Positions 51,701 through 62,591 of a stretch of DNA of 64,000 nt are shown piece after piece. Source of the DNA: Octopus sinensis (lineage: Eukaryota); assembly GCF_006345805.1 (NCBI RefSeq), contig NC_042997.1, positions 38,626,001 to 38,690,000 on the forward strand, written 5' to 3'. A model generated the notes under the pieces. That model worked only from the letters and a program-made list of their open reading frames with translations, did no database searches and was not told the origin of the DNA. Within the stretch, counting starts at the first letter, position 1, and each line of letters opens with the position of its first letter. The translations under genes and the position numbers were made by a program.

Positions 51701-52378
51701 GATCAACATCAACGAAGCACATGGTTGAATTTATATATACTATATCCGGATGAATGGCAAACTTTTACGAATTGCATTTCGGGAGAGGAAAAGTTTTTTC
51801 GGAATAAAAATTTAGCAATTAAGGACAACTACTTAATAAGGAAAACTTAACAAGAAATTGTCAGGTAGATAGCGTAAAAACCTCATAAGAGAAAAAATTT
51901 CGAAAATAATTATTTCTTATTGAACATATTAATTTATATATAGAGGGCATTATACATACATGCCAGGAGGCATTCTACATACACGCCATACGCTAAGAGG
52001 GACAATCAGTCATTTCTACCAAAAATATTACTAATCCCACCGAATGCAATTTTTCAAAGAAAGACATTTAAAAATATATAGACCTGTATCACAGTGATTT
52101 CATACTTACGTAATCATCAGCAGGCCTGAATATACCATAAATAAATAAACAACGACCCCGCTTCGCTTAAGCCGATCAGCTAACTGATCAACATCAACGA
52201 AGCACATGGTTGAATTTATATATACTATATCCGGATGAATGGCAAACTTTTACGAATTGCATTTCGGGAGAGGAAAAGTTTTTTCGGAATAAAAATTTAG
52301 CAATTAAGGACAACTACTTAATAAGGAAAACTTAACAAGAAATTGTCAGGTAGATAGCGTAAAAACCTCATAAGAGAG

Positions 52379-53575
52379 GTTTATTTATTTATTTATGGTA
52401 TATTCAGGCCTGCTGATGATTACGTAAGTATGAAATCACTGTGATACAGGTCTATATATTTTTAAATGTCTTTCTTTGAAAAATTGCATTCGGTGGGATT
52501 AGTAATATTTTTGGTAGAAATGACTGATTGTCCCTCTTAGCGTATGGCGTGTATGTAGAATGCCTCCTGGCATGTATGTATAATGCCCTCTATATATAAA
52601 TTAATATGTTCAATAAGAAATAATTATTTTCGAAATTTTTTCTCTTATGAGGTTTTTACGCTATCTACCTGACAATTTCTTGTTAAGTTTTCCTTATTAA
52701 GTAGTAGTTGTCCTTAATTGCTAAATTTTTATTCCGAAAAAACTTTTCCTCTCCCGAAATGCAATTCGTAAAAGTTTGCCATTCATCCGGATATAGTATA
52801 TATAAATTCAACCATGTGCTTCGTTGATGTTGATCAGTTAGCTGATCGGCTTAAGCGAAGCGGGGTCGTTGTTTTTTATTTATGGTATATTCAGGCCTGC
52901 TGATGATTACGTAAGTATGAAATCACTGTGATACAGGTCTATATATTTTTAAATGTCTTTCTTTGAAAAATTGCATTCGGTGGGATTAGTAATATTTTTG
53001 GTAGAAATGACTGATTGTCCCTCTTAGCGTATGGCGTGTATGTAGAATGCCTCCTGGCATGTATGTATAATGCCCTCTATATATAAATTAATATGTTCAA
53101 TAAGAAATAATTATTTTCGAAATTTTTTCTCTTATGAGGTTTTTACGCTATCTACCTGACAATTTCTTGTTAAGTTTTCCTTATTAAGTAGTTGTCCTTA
53201 ATTGCTAAATTTTTATTCCGAAAAAACTTTTCCTCTCCCGAAATGCAATTCGTAAAAGTTTGCCATTCATCCGGATATAGTATATATAAATTCAACCATG
53301 TGCTTCGTTGATGTTGATCAGTTAGCTGATCGGCTTAAGCGAAGCGGGGTCGTTGTTTATTTTATTTATGGTATATTCAGGCCTGCTGATGATTACGTAA
53401 GTATGAAATCACTGTGATACAGGTCTATATATTTTTAAATGTCTTTCTTTGAAAAATTGCATTCGGTGGGATTAGTAATATTTTTGGTAGAAATGACTGA
53501 TTGTCCCTCTTAGCGTATGGCGTGTATGTAGAATGCCTCCTGGCATGTATGTATAATGCCCTCTATATATAAATT
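52379..53575 (+). repeat. Inverted block (about 2.5 units) of the same repeat
   Basis: Reverse complement of the 47466-52377 units; ends in (TA)n. Confidence 0.95.
52406..52453 (+). ncRNA. Hammerhead ribozyme in the inverted block (also 52893-52940 and 53379-53426)
   Basis: AGGCCTGCTGATGATTACGTAAGTATGAAATCACTGTGATACAGGTCT read directly on the + strand. Confidence 0.8.
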
Positions 53576-53591
53576 ATATATATATACATAT

Positions 53592-53664
<73 letters not shown>

Positions 53665-53741
53665 TATATATACATATACATACATATACATGCATATACA
53701 TTTATACATATACATATATATATGTGTGTGTGTGTGTGTGT

Positions 53742-54075
53742 GAAGGCGCATGGCTCAGTGGTTAGAGTGTCGAGCTTACCATCGCGAGGTTGTGAGTTCG
53801 AATCCCGGGCAGGGCTGCGTGTTGTGTTCTTAAGCAAGACACTTTATTTCACGTTGCTCCAGTTTACTCAGCTGTAGAAATGCGTTGCGACGTCACAGGT
53901 GCCAAGCTGTATCGGCCCTTGCCTTTCCCTTGTATAACATCGGTAGCGTGGAGAGGAGAGGCCGGTATGCATGGGTGACTGCTGGTCTTCTATAAACAAC
54001 CTTGCCCAGACTTGTGCCTGGGAGGGTAACTTTCTAGGTGCAAACCCATGGTCATTCATGACCGAAGGGGGTCTC
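53742..54075 (+). mobile_element. SINE family D, full length
   Basis: GAAGGCGCATGGCTCAGTGGTTAGAG..GAGTTCGAATCCC head; CORE-like TTCTTAAGCAAGACACTT. Confidence 0.88.
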
Positions 54076-54369
54076 AGTATATATATATATATACATAGAT
54101 CAAAAAAGATCAAGAGTCCTTCCCGATCCAGGGGCTCATAAGGCTGGATTATCAGATTTTGCGGTGTATAAATCCTCCCGCCCTGCTCGTCGCAGGATTA
54201 ATAATTTTTGCCAGCTGAGTGAAATGGAACAATGTGAAATGAAGTGTTTTACCCAAGAACACAACGCATCACCCACTCCAGAAATCGAAACCACAAGCTT
54301 ACCATGATGAGTACAACGTTCTAACCACTAAGCCATGGTGCCTCCACACGCGCACGCGCGCGCAGAATC

Positions 54370-54800
54370 GTTGTCACGCTGGGCATAGTGCTTAGCCACA
54401 TTTCGTCCGTCTTTACGTCCTTAGTTCAAATTCCGCCCACATCGACTTTGCCTTTCATCCTATCGGGCTCGAAATAATGAGTAGCAATTGAGCACTCGGG
54501 TTGATTTAATCGAAAAGCCAACTCCCCCAAAATTGCAGGCCTTGTACCAAAATTTGAAACCACTATTTCACACAAATAAGGCTGCGAGCTGACAGAATCG
54601 TTAACATACCGGACAAAATGCTTAATGACATTGCATCCGTCTCTACGTTCTGAGTTTATATTCCGTCGAAATCTCCTTTGCCTTTCATCTTTTTGGGGGT
54701 CGATAAAATAAGTATTAAATGAACACTGGGATCAATGTAATAGACTTATCTCCTCTCCGAAATTGCTAGTATTCTGCCAAAATTTGAAACTAATATTTAA
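54370..54800 (+). mobile_element. Two diverged SINE family B copies in tandem
   Basis: Repeated AGTTCAAATTCCG..CGACTTTGCCTTTCATCC modules. Confidence 0.7.
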
Positions 54801-55369
54801 CACAAATCTTGTAAATCTGCACCAAGTCTGTCCTGATCCATCAAACTTTCATAAATTCGGATATCACATCCTTTCTTAAGACGCGACATGGGGAAAATTT
54901 GACTTCTATTTCAGGCAAGTTGAACATCCATATAGCATTCCTCGCTCTGAGAGTTGCTGCAAACGGGTTGACAGTTGTTCCCTTGCCATTTTTACTCTTG
55001 TACGAGGAACGGAGATGAAAAAGTAAAATGTTAAAAAGTGAAAGTAATAATCAATGCAGGCCCCAATCTGTCTTTAACACATATACACCCATCAAGATAG
55101 CCAAGAAAGCAACCCGCTAAAATAACTACAATGATAATACTCACAAGAAAATTAAGAAAACTAAAGTTAATGACGCCAAACACTATTATATGGTAAAAGA
55201 ATTCGCTCTCATTCACCAACTGGGGAAGTATTTACTCAGGAGAAAAACGAGGCAGTAAAAAAAAATATAAGGACATTACTGTGCGACCACAGGCACGATT
55301 TGTCATCAAAAGAAGTCAGAGGAACCTTAATACAAATGCCAAGAGAAAACTAATATCTTTTCTAAGCAC

Positions 55370-55980
55370 AAGGCCCGAAATTTGGGGGAGGGCCAGTCGA
55401 TAAGACCGACCACAGTATGCAAATGATAATTATTTTATCGACCCCGAAAGGATGAAAGTTAAAGTCGATCTCGGTGGAATTTGAACTCAGAACGTAAAGA
55501 CAGACGATATACCTATTTCTTTACTACCCACAAGGGGCTAAACACAGAGAGGACAAACAAGGACAGACACACGGATTAAGTCGATTATATCGACCCCAGT
55601 GCGTAACTGGTACTTAATTTATCGACCCCGAAAAGATGAAGGCAAAGTCGACCTCGGCGGAATTTGAACTCAGAACGTAGCGGCAGACGATATACCGCTA
55701 AGCATTTTGCCTGGCGTGCTAACGTTTCTGCCAGCTCGCCACGAGAAAAATGATATTAAATACGCAAACTGGTCTGTGATTCTGATTTTAGATTTTGGCA
55801 CAAAGCCAGCTAAATTGGGGTGGGGGAGAAATTGATTATATCGACACCAGTTCTCAACTGGTACTTATTTTATCGGCCCCGAAAAGATAAAAGGTGAAGT
55901 CGACTTCGGCAGAATTCGAACTCAGGAAATGCTACTAAGCATTTTTCCAGCGCAATAACGATTTTATTAACTCGCCGCTG
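55370..55980 (-). mobile_element. Cluster of SINE family B copies (nested or tandem)
   Basis: Three reverse-oriented B modules. Confidence 0.78.
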
Positions 55981-56190
55981 TAAACTGTTCTGTAACATTA
56001 GTTGGTTTATAAGCAGTTTTGTTTGTTGATAGTTAAAAGGGGGCAGACATTTGCCGACAATGATTCCAATGAGGATCGAAATGTACGTACAACTGTCCCG
56101 TCATTTTTTCTTTCACGAATATATTGTATGAACGCATAGTTTAAAATAGTTGTAAGCTCATAAATCTGTAGCTATATGTTTAACGTGAAA

Positions 56191-56416
56191 GGTGGCGAGC
56201 TGGCAGAAACGTTAGCACGCCGGGCGAAATGCGTTGCGTATTCGTCTGCCGTTACGTTCCGAGTTCAAATTCCGCCGAGGTCGACTTTGCCTTTCATCCT
56301 TCCGGGATCGATAAAGTAAGTACAGTTACACACTGGGGTCGATGTAATCGACTTAATCCCTTTTCTGTCCTGTTTGTCTCCTCTGTTTTTAGCCCCTTGT
56401 GGGTAGTAAAGAAATA
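56191..56416 (+). mobile_element. SINE family B, full length
   Basis: Head GGTGGCGAGCTGGCAGAA to tail TAGTAAAGAAATA. Confidence 0.92.
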
Positions 56417-56424
56417 TATGTTAT

Positions 56425-56630
56425 CAACGTGATCACGTGACGACCAGACCATCAGATGTGTTACACATCGCTTGTCACAATGCGTTCGCATTGTTTTAGC
56501 CTTCGAATGACGCCACCCCGCTGGAGCTTTTTAGGTGTTTTCGCTCAATAAACACTCACAACGCCCGGTCTAGGAATCGAAACCGCGATCCTACGACCGC
56601 TGCCCTAACCACTGGGCCATTGCGCCTCCA
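56425..56630 (-). mobile_element. SINE family C, alternative-tail subfamily (internally deleted)
   Basis: C head plus a different tail; 10-bp TSD TATATGTTAT. Confidence 0.82.
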
Positions 56631-57069
56631 CCTATATGTTATAGCAAATTATAACAATGAAATGACAGATTGTTAACTCAAAAGACACTGGAATATCTTA
56701 AACCAGAAAGCAATCTCTGGAAGAGATATGGGCCGCTGTAGTATATGTAATAGAGAGGGCAAAACACAGAACTGTAATAGCAATTTGTAACAATACGCAA
56801 GATGGACAGAGCGTTTCCTTTACAACTTCAACCTCTCAAGAATTTAATAATATTACTCTACATGGGACGACGACTCATTGCAAATGTGAGTGCGACCAAT
56901 GTACCAGCCCAGAAAGACCGAGTAGGCGGAGTGACAGCTTGGTCCATATACGATATTCCTTCTCTCTGTCTCTTTCCCTCTTTCTCATCATGAATCTGTA
57001 CAGTTTTTCTTTCTTCTACCCATCTTTTATTTTTTTATTTATTCTATCAGTTTCTTTTTTCGAAGCGCT

Positions 57070-57385
57070 AAATCACGGGGGTAAACACACCAACACCGGC
57101 TGTTAAGTGTTGTGAGGGGACAACTGACGCACAAAGACAAACAACACCACACACACCACACACACACACACATATATATATCTTAATATAATATATATAT
57201 TATATATTATATATATATATATTATACGACGTCATTCTTTCAGTTTCTGTTTACCAAATCAACTCGCAAGGCTTTGGTCGGGCCGAGGCAATAATAGAAG
57301 ACGTTTGCCTAAGGTGCCAAGCAGTGGAACTGAAACCAGAACCATGTGGTTGGAAAACAAATTTGATACCACACAACCACGCCTA
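57070..57385 (-). mobile_element. SINE family A-related, old copy
   Basis: Degenerate reverse match. Confidence 0.72.
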
Positions 57386-57699
57386 CGATCGCCACTTTGA
57401 TCTCATTCATTTAACTTGAAACAGCATGAATTTAAATAGCATTTCAGGCTTTGTCTAGAAAGAAACGCGTTGCTAATACGAAAAGAAAATAACTTGTTTC
57501 ATTGGTTTTACTACGCAAATTTATAAATAATCACTTTCACAGCTCATGCGGTAAATAGACAAGCTGGCTCTATTTACTACATGATACAAATATCGATATT
57601 TTTTTTTTATAGAACAAATATATATTTACACTTCATGTTAGATATGTGCTTATCCTTACTATTCGGAGAGAAAACAGAAGCTACAATGACAATAACCCC

Positions 57700-57990
57700 T
57701 GAAGAATGAATTCACGTTCAAGGACCCTCCTAAAAAGAACACGGATAAAGAGCGAATACATTGATGACTGGCCTTGGATAAAACCAATCAACAATATATT
57801 CGCTCTTATCGTGAAGGGCCTAGTCGTAAATGCACAAACTTGCCTGTTCCCTGGCAGATCTATCCACGATAACAGATATCTTTTACGATATGTCAAAGAG
57901 TGAGTTGATACTAGATGTGGCTTTGGTGGGGTTCTAAACAGTTTGTATCAGCCTAAAGCGTGCGACAGGATATACTATCGTTTGCTGGTG
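57700..57990 (+). pseudogene. Tx1/L1-like reverse transcriptase fragment
   Basis: ALIVKGLVVNAQTCLFPGRSIHDNRYLLRY followed by a KACDRI-like segment, matching the L1/Tx1 RT Q..PGRSI.DN and KAFDRV motifs. Confidence 0.7.
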
Positions 57991-58613
57991 GTTTTGTAAG
58001 GGCAGCGATAGTTAAAATAAACGGCCATATACTAAAATAGTTTCTCATTACACATTCGTTCTGCCAACTGTATATTTATCTTTTCTGTATGTCTTGGCGT
58101 TGAAGCCTATACTTTTGAGGCCTGAGTTGTTAAAAGGCATTCTACTTCCACTGATTGAACTACAAGAAGACCGTGACTGCAATAAAGGTGATAAGTCCGT
58201 TATGATATCGAACACATTTGAAATTATGCGATCTACACCGTTCTAGAGGGTCTCCATGGATTAATAGGAGTATGCATTAAGTGTGGCTAGAATGGAGAAT
58301 TCTCCAAATTCTTTAATGAAAAGACACTACGTCTGGAGATATAAGGATAAATCAGGATACATTTCTACCCCAATATACATAATCAACGCTGCAGTTATCC
58401 TACTTTGAATCCATCATATACAGAAAGAAAGAGCAGAAAACCTTTTTGGCCTAGGATAATTTGCACGAATTATACGTAAATGAGCTAAAGGAAATAACCC
58501 AGTAAACCAGTGGCATGGACATAAGCAGTAAAGACGAATAAAGGTACATTAAATATCTTTTCCTTAATTGCGTGTCTCTTTCGGATGAAATTCATGATCC
58601 TTGAGATTATATA

Positions 58614-59093
58614 CAAGTAATCCCTCGCCATATCGCGGTTTATAATTTAAGCTTACCCCGATTCTTCCGGGGTATTATTTTGCATTTATAATAAAATAAA
58701 TATATACAGTTATGGAGATGTACTTGCATAGCAAGTGACCTGATCTGAGATCATGTGCTGGAACGAAAACAATTGCAGCGTGGAAGGTGTTTATAAGCCA
58801 TTTAAGAAACACACATAACCGTTAGATTCATTTTAATTTGTCAAAATATTTTCGTCGCTCTGAGACCGCGACCTGTTCACTGACAAAATTCCGTGCTGCA
58901 TCTCTTTAAATATATAAACAATTATAAATATATACAAATATATATTTGTTTAAATCTATACAAATTATTTAGATATATACAAATTATAAAAATAATTTTA
59001 AAATATACAATACAGTACTGTTTCTACTTCGTGGATTTTCACTATCGCGGGGTTTTTTGGAACGTAACGCCCCCGATAGTCGGGGAGTTACTG
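58614..59093. mobile_element. Tigger/pogo-type MITE with nested Penelope-type remnant
   Basis: TA-flanked ends CAAGTAATCCCTCGCCATATCGCG ... CGATAGTCGGGGAGTTACTG. Confidence 0.65.
58835..58890 (-). ncRNA. Minimal hammerhead ribozyme candidate with G3-C8 covariant core
   Basis: Minus strand: TTTGTCA-GTGAACA-G-GTCGC-(9 nt)-GCGAC-GAA-AATATT-T-TGACAAA. Confidence 0.6.
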
Positions 59094-59440
59094 TATATTT
59101 CTAATTTGTTGCAACTGCCACAAGTTATTTGTTTGTTCTACTCTTTAAGACTAAATAATTTCAATAAATAAGGACATTATCTCGCATGGGTATTTAATGT
59201 ACACGTATTTGTCCTCACTTCTATATTATATCTGTTTGGTAGTTTTTGGTGGGTGATGCTGCCCAAGGAAGTATCAACACTACTAGCATTGAGCTAGGCT
59301 TTCAGTTAGCATTTAGTTTCCATTCTGTTGCAAAAAAACCCCTTGTTTCTCCCCAACCTCCTTGTTCATTTTCATTTTTCCCAAACTTATAAGCTTCTTA
59401 CGATATCTTTACTTTACACACACACACACACATATATATT

Positions 59441-59499
<59 letters not shown>

Positions 59500-59667
59500 A
59501 ACCACTATTAGGCAAATCATACAATGAAAATCTTAAGCCAATACATAAGATTAATTAATTTATATTATTTTAAATATATATCAAAATTATTAAAAAAAGA
59601 TAATGAGTATAACACTACGATCGTTTCATGGCTATCCAATTCGTAATATATGTGTGTGTGTGTGTGT

Positions 59668-59915
59668 GGAGGCGCAATGGCCCAGTGGTTAGGGCAGCGG
59701 ACTCGCGGTCGTAGGATCGCGGTTTCGATTCCCAGACCTAAAAGCTCCACGAGGCTCCGGTAGGGGTGGTGGTGATCCCTGCTGTACTCTTTCACCACTC
59801 TTTCTCCCACTCTTTCTTCTGTTGGCCTGCTCGCTTAGCCAGCGGGGTGGCGTCATTCGAGGGCTAAAACAATGCGAACGCATTGTGACCAGCGATGTGT
59901 AACTACATCTGATGG
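59668..59915 (+). mobile_element. SINE family C, alternative-tail subfamily
   Basis: C head; tail GGGTGGCGTCATTCG..GCATTGTGACCAGCGATGTG shared with 56425-56630. Confidence 0.85.
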
Positions 59916-60682
59916 ATGTATATATATATGGTGGTGTACCTGTCAAGCAGTTGATTTGATCCGACACTCAGTGTTGAGGCTAAAATGGTTGCCGAGTAGA
60001 AGATTCGTGACTAACCACACAAGGACTATCAACTTCGCTTAAATATTCATCATGTGTTATATAATATCAAAATTTTCGTTGCGCGACCTTAATACCTGGT
60101 CACTGACGATAAAGTATAAAAAATATCCTAAAACCCGTATGAAAAATTCATTTTCATATTAGTTTTAGGTTACTTTTAATACTTTGACTTCTTGTTTAAA
60201 AATCCTTTTCACATCTGCTAAACATCTTTCTTTTAACATTTTACAGACCCTGTTTTTCATGGCACCATGAAGACGGAAAAACAATTATCTTGTTTTGTTT
60301 TTTTCTTTCCTTTTGCACAGCTATTATTACATGCAGCATATCAATCGCAAGAGAGTGGATAATGTGACAATAGGTGAAAAAAAGGTGGGAGGAAGAGGAG
60401 GAGGAGGAGGAGGAGTATTGCAATGGTTGTTGTTGTTGTTGTTATTTCCACTATTATATGGTGGCTTTGATGGTGGCAGCGATTGGATTTGTTGTGACGA
60501 TAAAGACAAATGTCAATAATATTGGTGACAGCATTGACTCTGCGCCCTTGGTTACTGCTATTACGACTAATTCAGCATTTTCCTCATAAACACCTGACAG
60601 GTAACACATCTAGTCGTGCACACATGCAGTTTCCATTAAGTATATATATTTACAGTAATTACTTTCTGTCTTGGTACTCATT

Positions 60683-61077
60683 GGTGTGCGTGTGTGTGTA
60701 TGTGTGTGTGCGTGTGTGTGTGTGTGTGTGCGTTGTGTGTGTGTGTGCGTGTATGTGTGTGTGTGTGCGTGCGTGTGTGTGTATGTGTGCGTGTGTATGT
60801 GTGTGTGCGTGTGTATGTGTGTGTGCGTGCGTATGTGCGTGTGTGTGCGTGTGTATGTGTGTGTGTGCGTGTGTGTGTGTGTGTGTGTATGTGTGTGTGC
60901 GTATGTGTGTGTGCGTGTGTGTGTGCGTGTGTGTGTGTGTGTGTGTGCGTGTGTATGTGTGTGTGCGTGTGTATGTGTGTGTGCGTGTGTGTGTATGTGT
61001 GCGTGTGTATGTGTGTGTGTGTTTGTGTATGTATATATGTGTGTGTGTGTGTATGTGTGTGTGTGTGTGTGTGTGTT
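60683..61077. repeat. Long (TG)n-type compound microsatellite
   Basis: About 395 bp of TG with TA/CG interruptions. Confidence 0.95.
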
Positions 61078-61455
61078 CCCGAGTCCATGTAATTCATTAA
61101 GTAATTAATGTATTTCATTACATCGTACATTTAATCTCTCTCGTGTGTACTTTAGTCATCCACATTGTCTTAAATTTTCTAGAAACAATCTGACGAGTGA
61201 GCCATTAGGCAGTCGGTCGAAATGCTAGAAATAGCAGCAACCAAATATCCCTCACGCCACACCGTACCCTTTTAAAACGGGAAGGACACATTGGATAAAT
61301 TATAGCGGAAACGTTTTTGACCATGTGCAGTTTGATCATCGTAGATTTTATAAACACAGGATCAACTAAATAACAACAACGTTTCACAAAACATTCTCTC
61401 ATTCAGTGAATAGAAACCTCGTAAATATCCATCAACTACACACTCATATTACATA

Positions 61456-61954
61456 CTAGCAGTATCGCCCGGCGTTGCTCGGGTTTGTAAGGGAAATAAC
61501 TATATAAGCATTTTTAGAGAGTTATAGCCAAAAAAAAGCAAAAAAATGCATTAAAAATGGAAAAAAAATTATGGTAAATTTTTTTTAAATCGTTGACTCA
61601 TCGTAGACATTTTTAGAGAGTTACTTCCCTTATATAATAGCGGAAAAAATGCATTAAAATGGAAAAAAATGATGGTAAATTTTTTTTTTAATCGTTGACT
61701 CATCGTAGACATTTTTAGAGAGTTACTTCCCTTATATAATAGCGAAAAAATGCATTAAAATGGAAAAAAATGATGGTAAATTTTTTTTTAAATTGTAGAC
61801 TCATTGTAGACGCGCGCTAATACCCAGAAGGGCTCGATATGAATCACGACTATAAGATACCCGGTTTTGGTTAAACTGCACCGCAAGATGTGGGAGTAGT
61901 TAGGAATCTAAATTGTAGGAGACAGACACACAACTTCACTTTTATATATAAAGA
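61456..61954 (-). mobile_element. Non-autonomous Helitron with an extra internal repeat unit
   Basis: Same termini; internal about 100-bp module present three times. Confidence 0.88.
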
Positions 61955-62139
61955 TATACCTTCAGAGATAACACGGTTGTTACATACATCAAATGGCGCC
62001 GTATGATGGTGGTTAGGATGTTTGGCTTATATCATAATGTTGTAGGTTCATTTCCTGGACCGGTAGCTCTGGTCCATTCAACTGAAAAGGAGTACCTGCC
62101 GAGTACTAGTGCAGTTCTCACTCTCTTTCTTTCTCTCTT

Positions 62140-62187
<48 letters not shown>

Positions 62188-62296
62188 AGTCACATTTTGG
62201 TGTGATGCTGGGTCAAAGACTGGTTGTCAGGTAAGTGTCTGTGTCTGCTCGCGGCTATACAGGTACATCAAACAAATAGCGAAAGCATGATGCATT

Positions 62297-62591
62297 CTAC
62301 CAAGCTATTCTCGCTCGAATTGGTTCAGAAAATATATCAAGAAAATTCCCGAACGATTCGTATACATCGCTCATGTATGAATAAACATAGGAAACCATAG
62401 CATTTCTTAATATTATTCTCTTTAATAATGCTTTCAGCGAAATGCATGTCATATAATCATGGCTATACCACACAGATTGAGTTTTCCTTTCAAGGTCAAA
62501 AGTACTTAAGTCTTGAACAAATGTAATGCATATTGAGTATAGATCATCTCTCTCATACAGTCTCCTCTTATGTTGTTCGCACATATTGGGT
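62297..62591 (-). CDS. Candidate coding exon of unidentified gene (PNMCEQHKRRLYERDDLYSIC..EPIRARIAW)
   Basis: Poly-T tract then AG at 62593-62592; about 97 open codons in unique sequence; weak donor or stop at the end. Confidence 0.35.

Larger units (their letters stand above)
47466..52377 (-). repeat. Tandem array of about 483-bp hammerhead-bearing units (about 10.2 copies), Penelope pLTR/retrozyme-like
   Basis: Near-identical units; hammerhead starts at 47736, 48218, 48699, 49178, 49663, 50147, 50632, 51112, 51596 and 52081 (spacing 479-485). Confidence 0.95.

Noticed and set aside
47466-52377. Array as a CRISPR, rDNA or centromeric satellite
   Set aside because: No unique spacers and no rRNA motifs; small size, partial ends in (TA)n, terminal inversion and embedded ribozyme fit a retroelement-derived array better.
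61188-61240. CTGACGA...GAAA motif
   Set aside because: No helix I complementarity; lies in a diverged SINE-like sequence.
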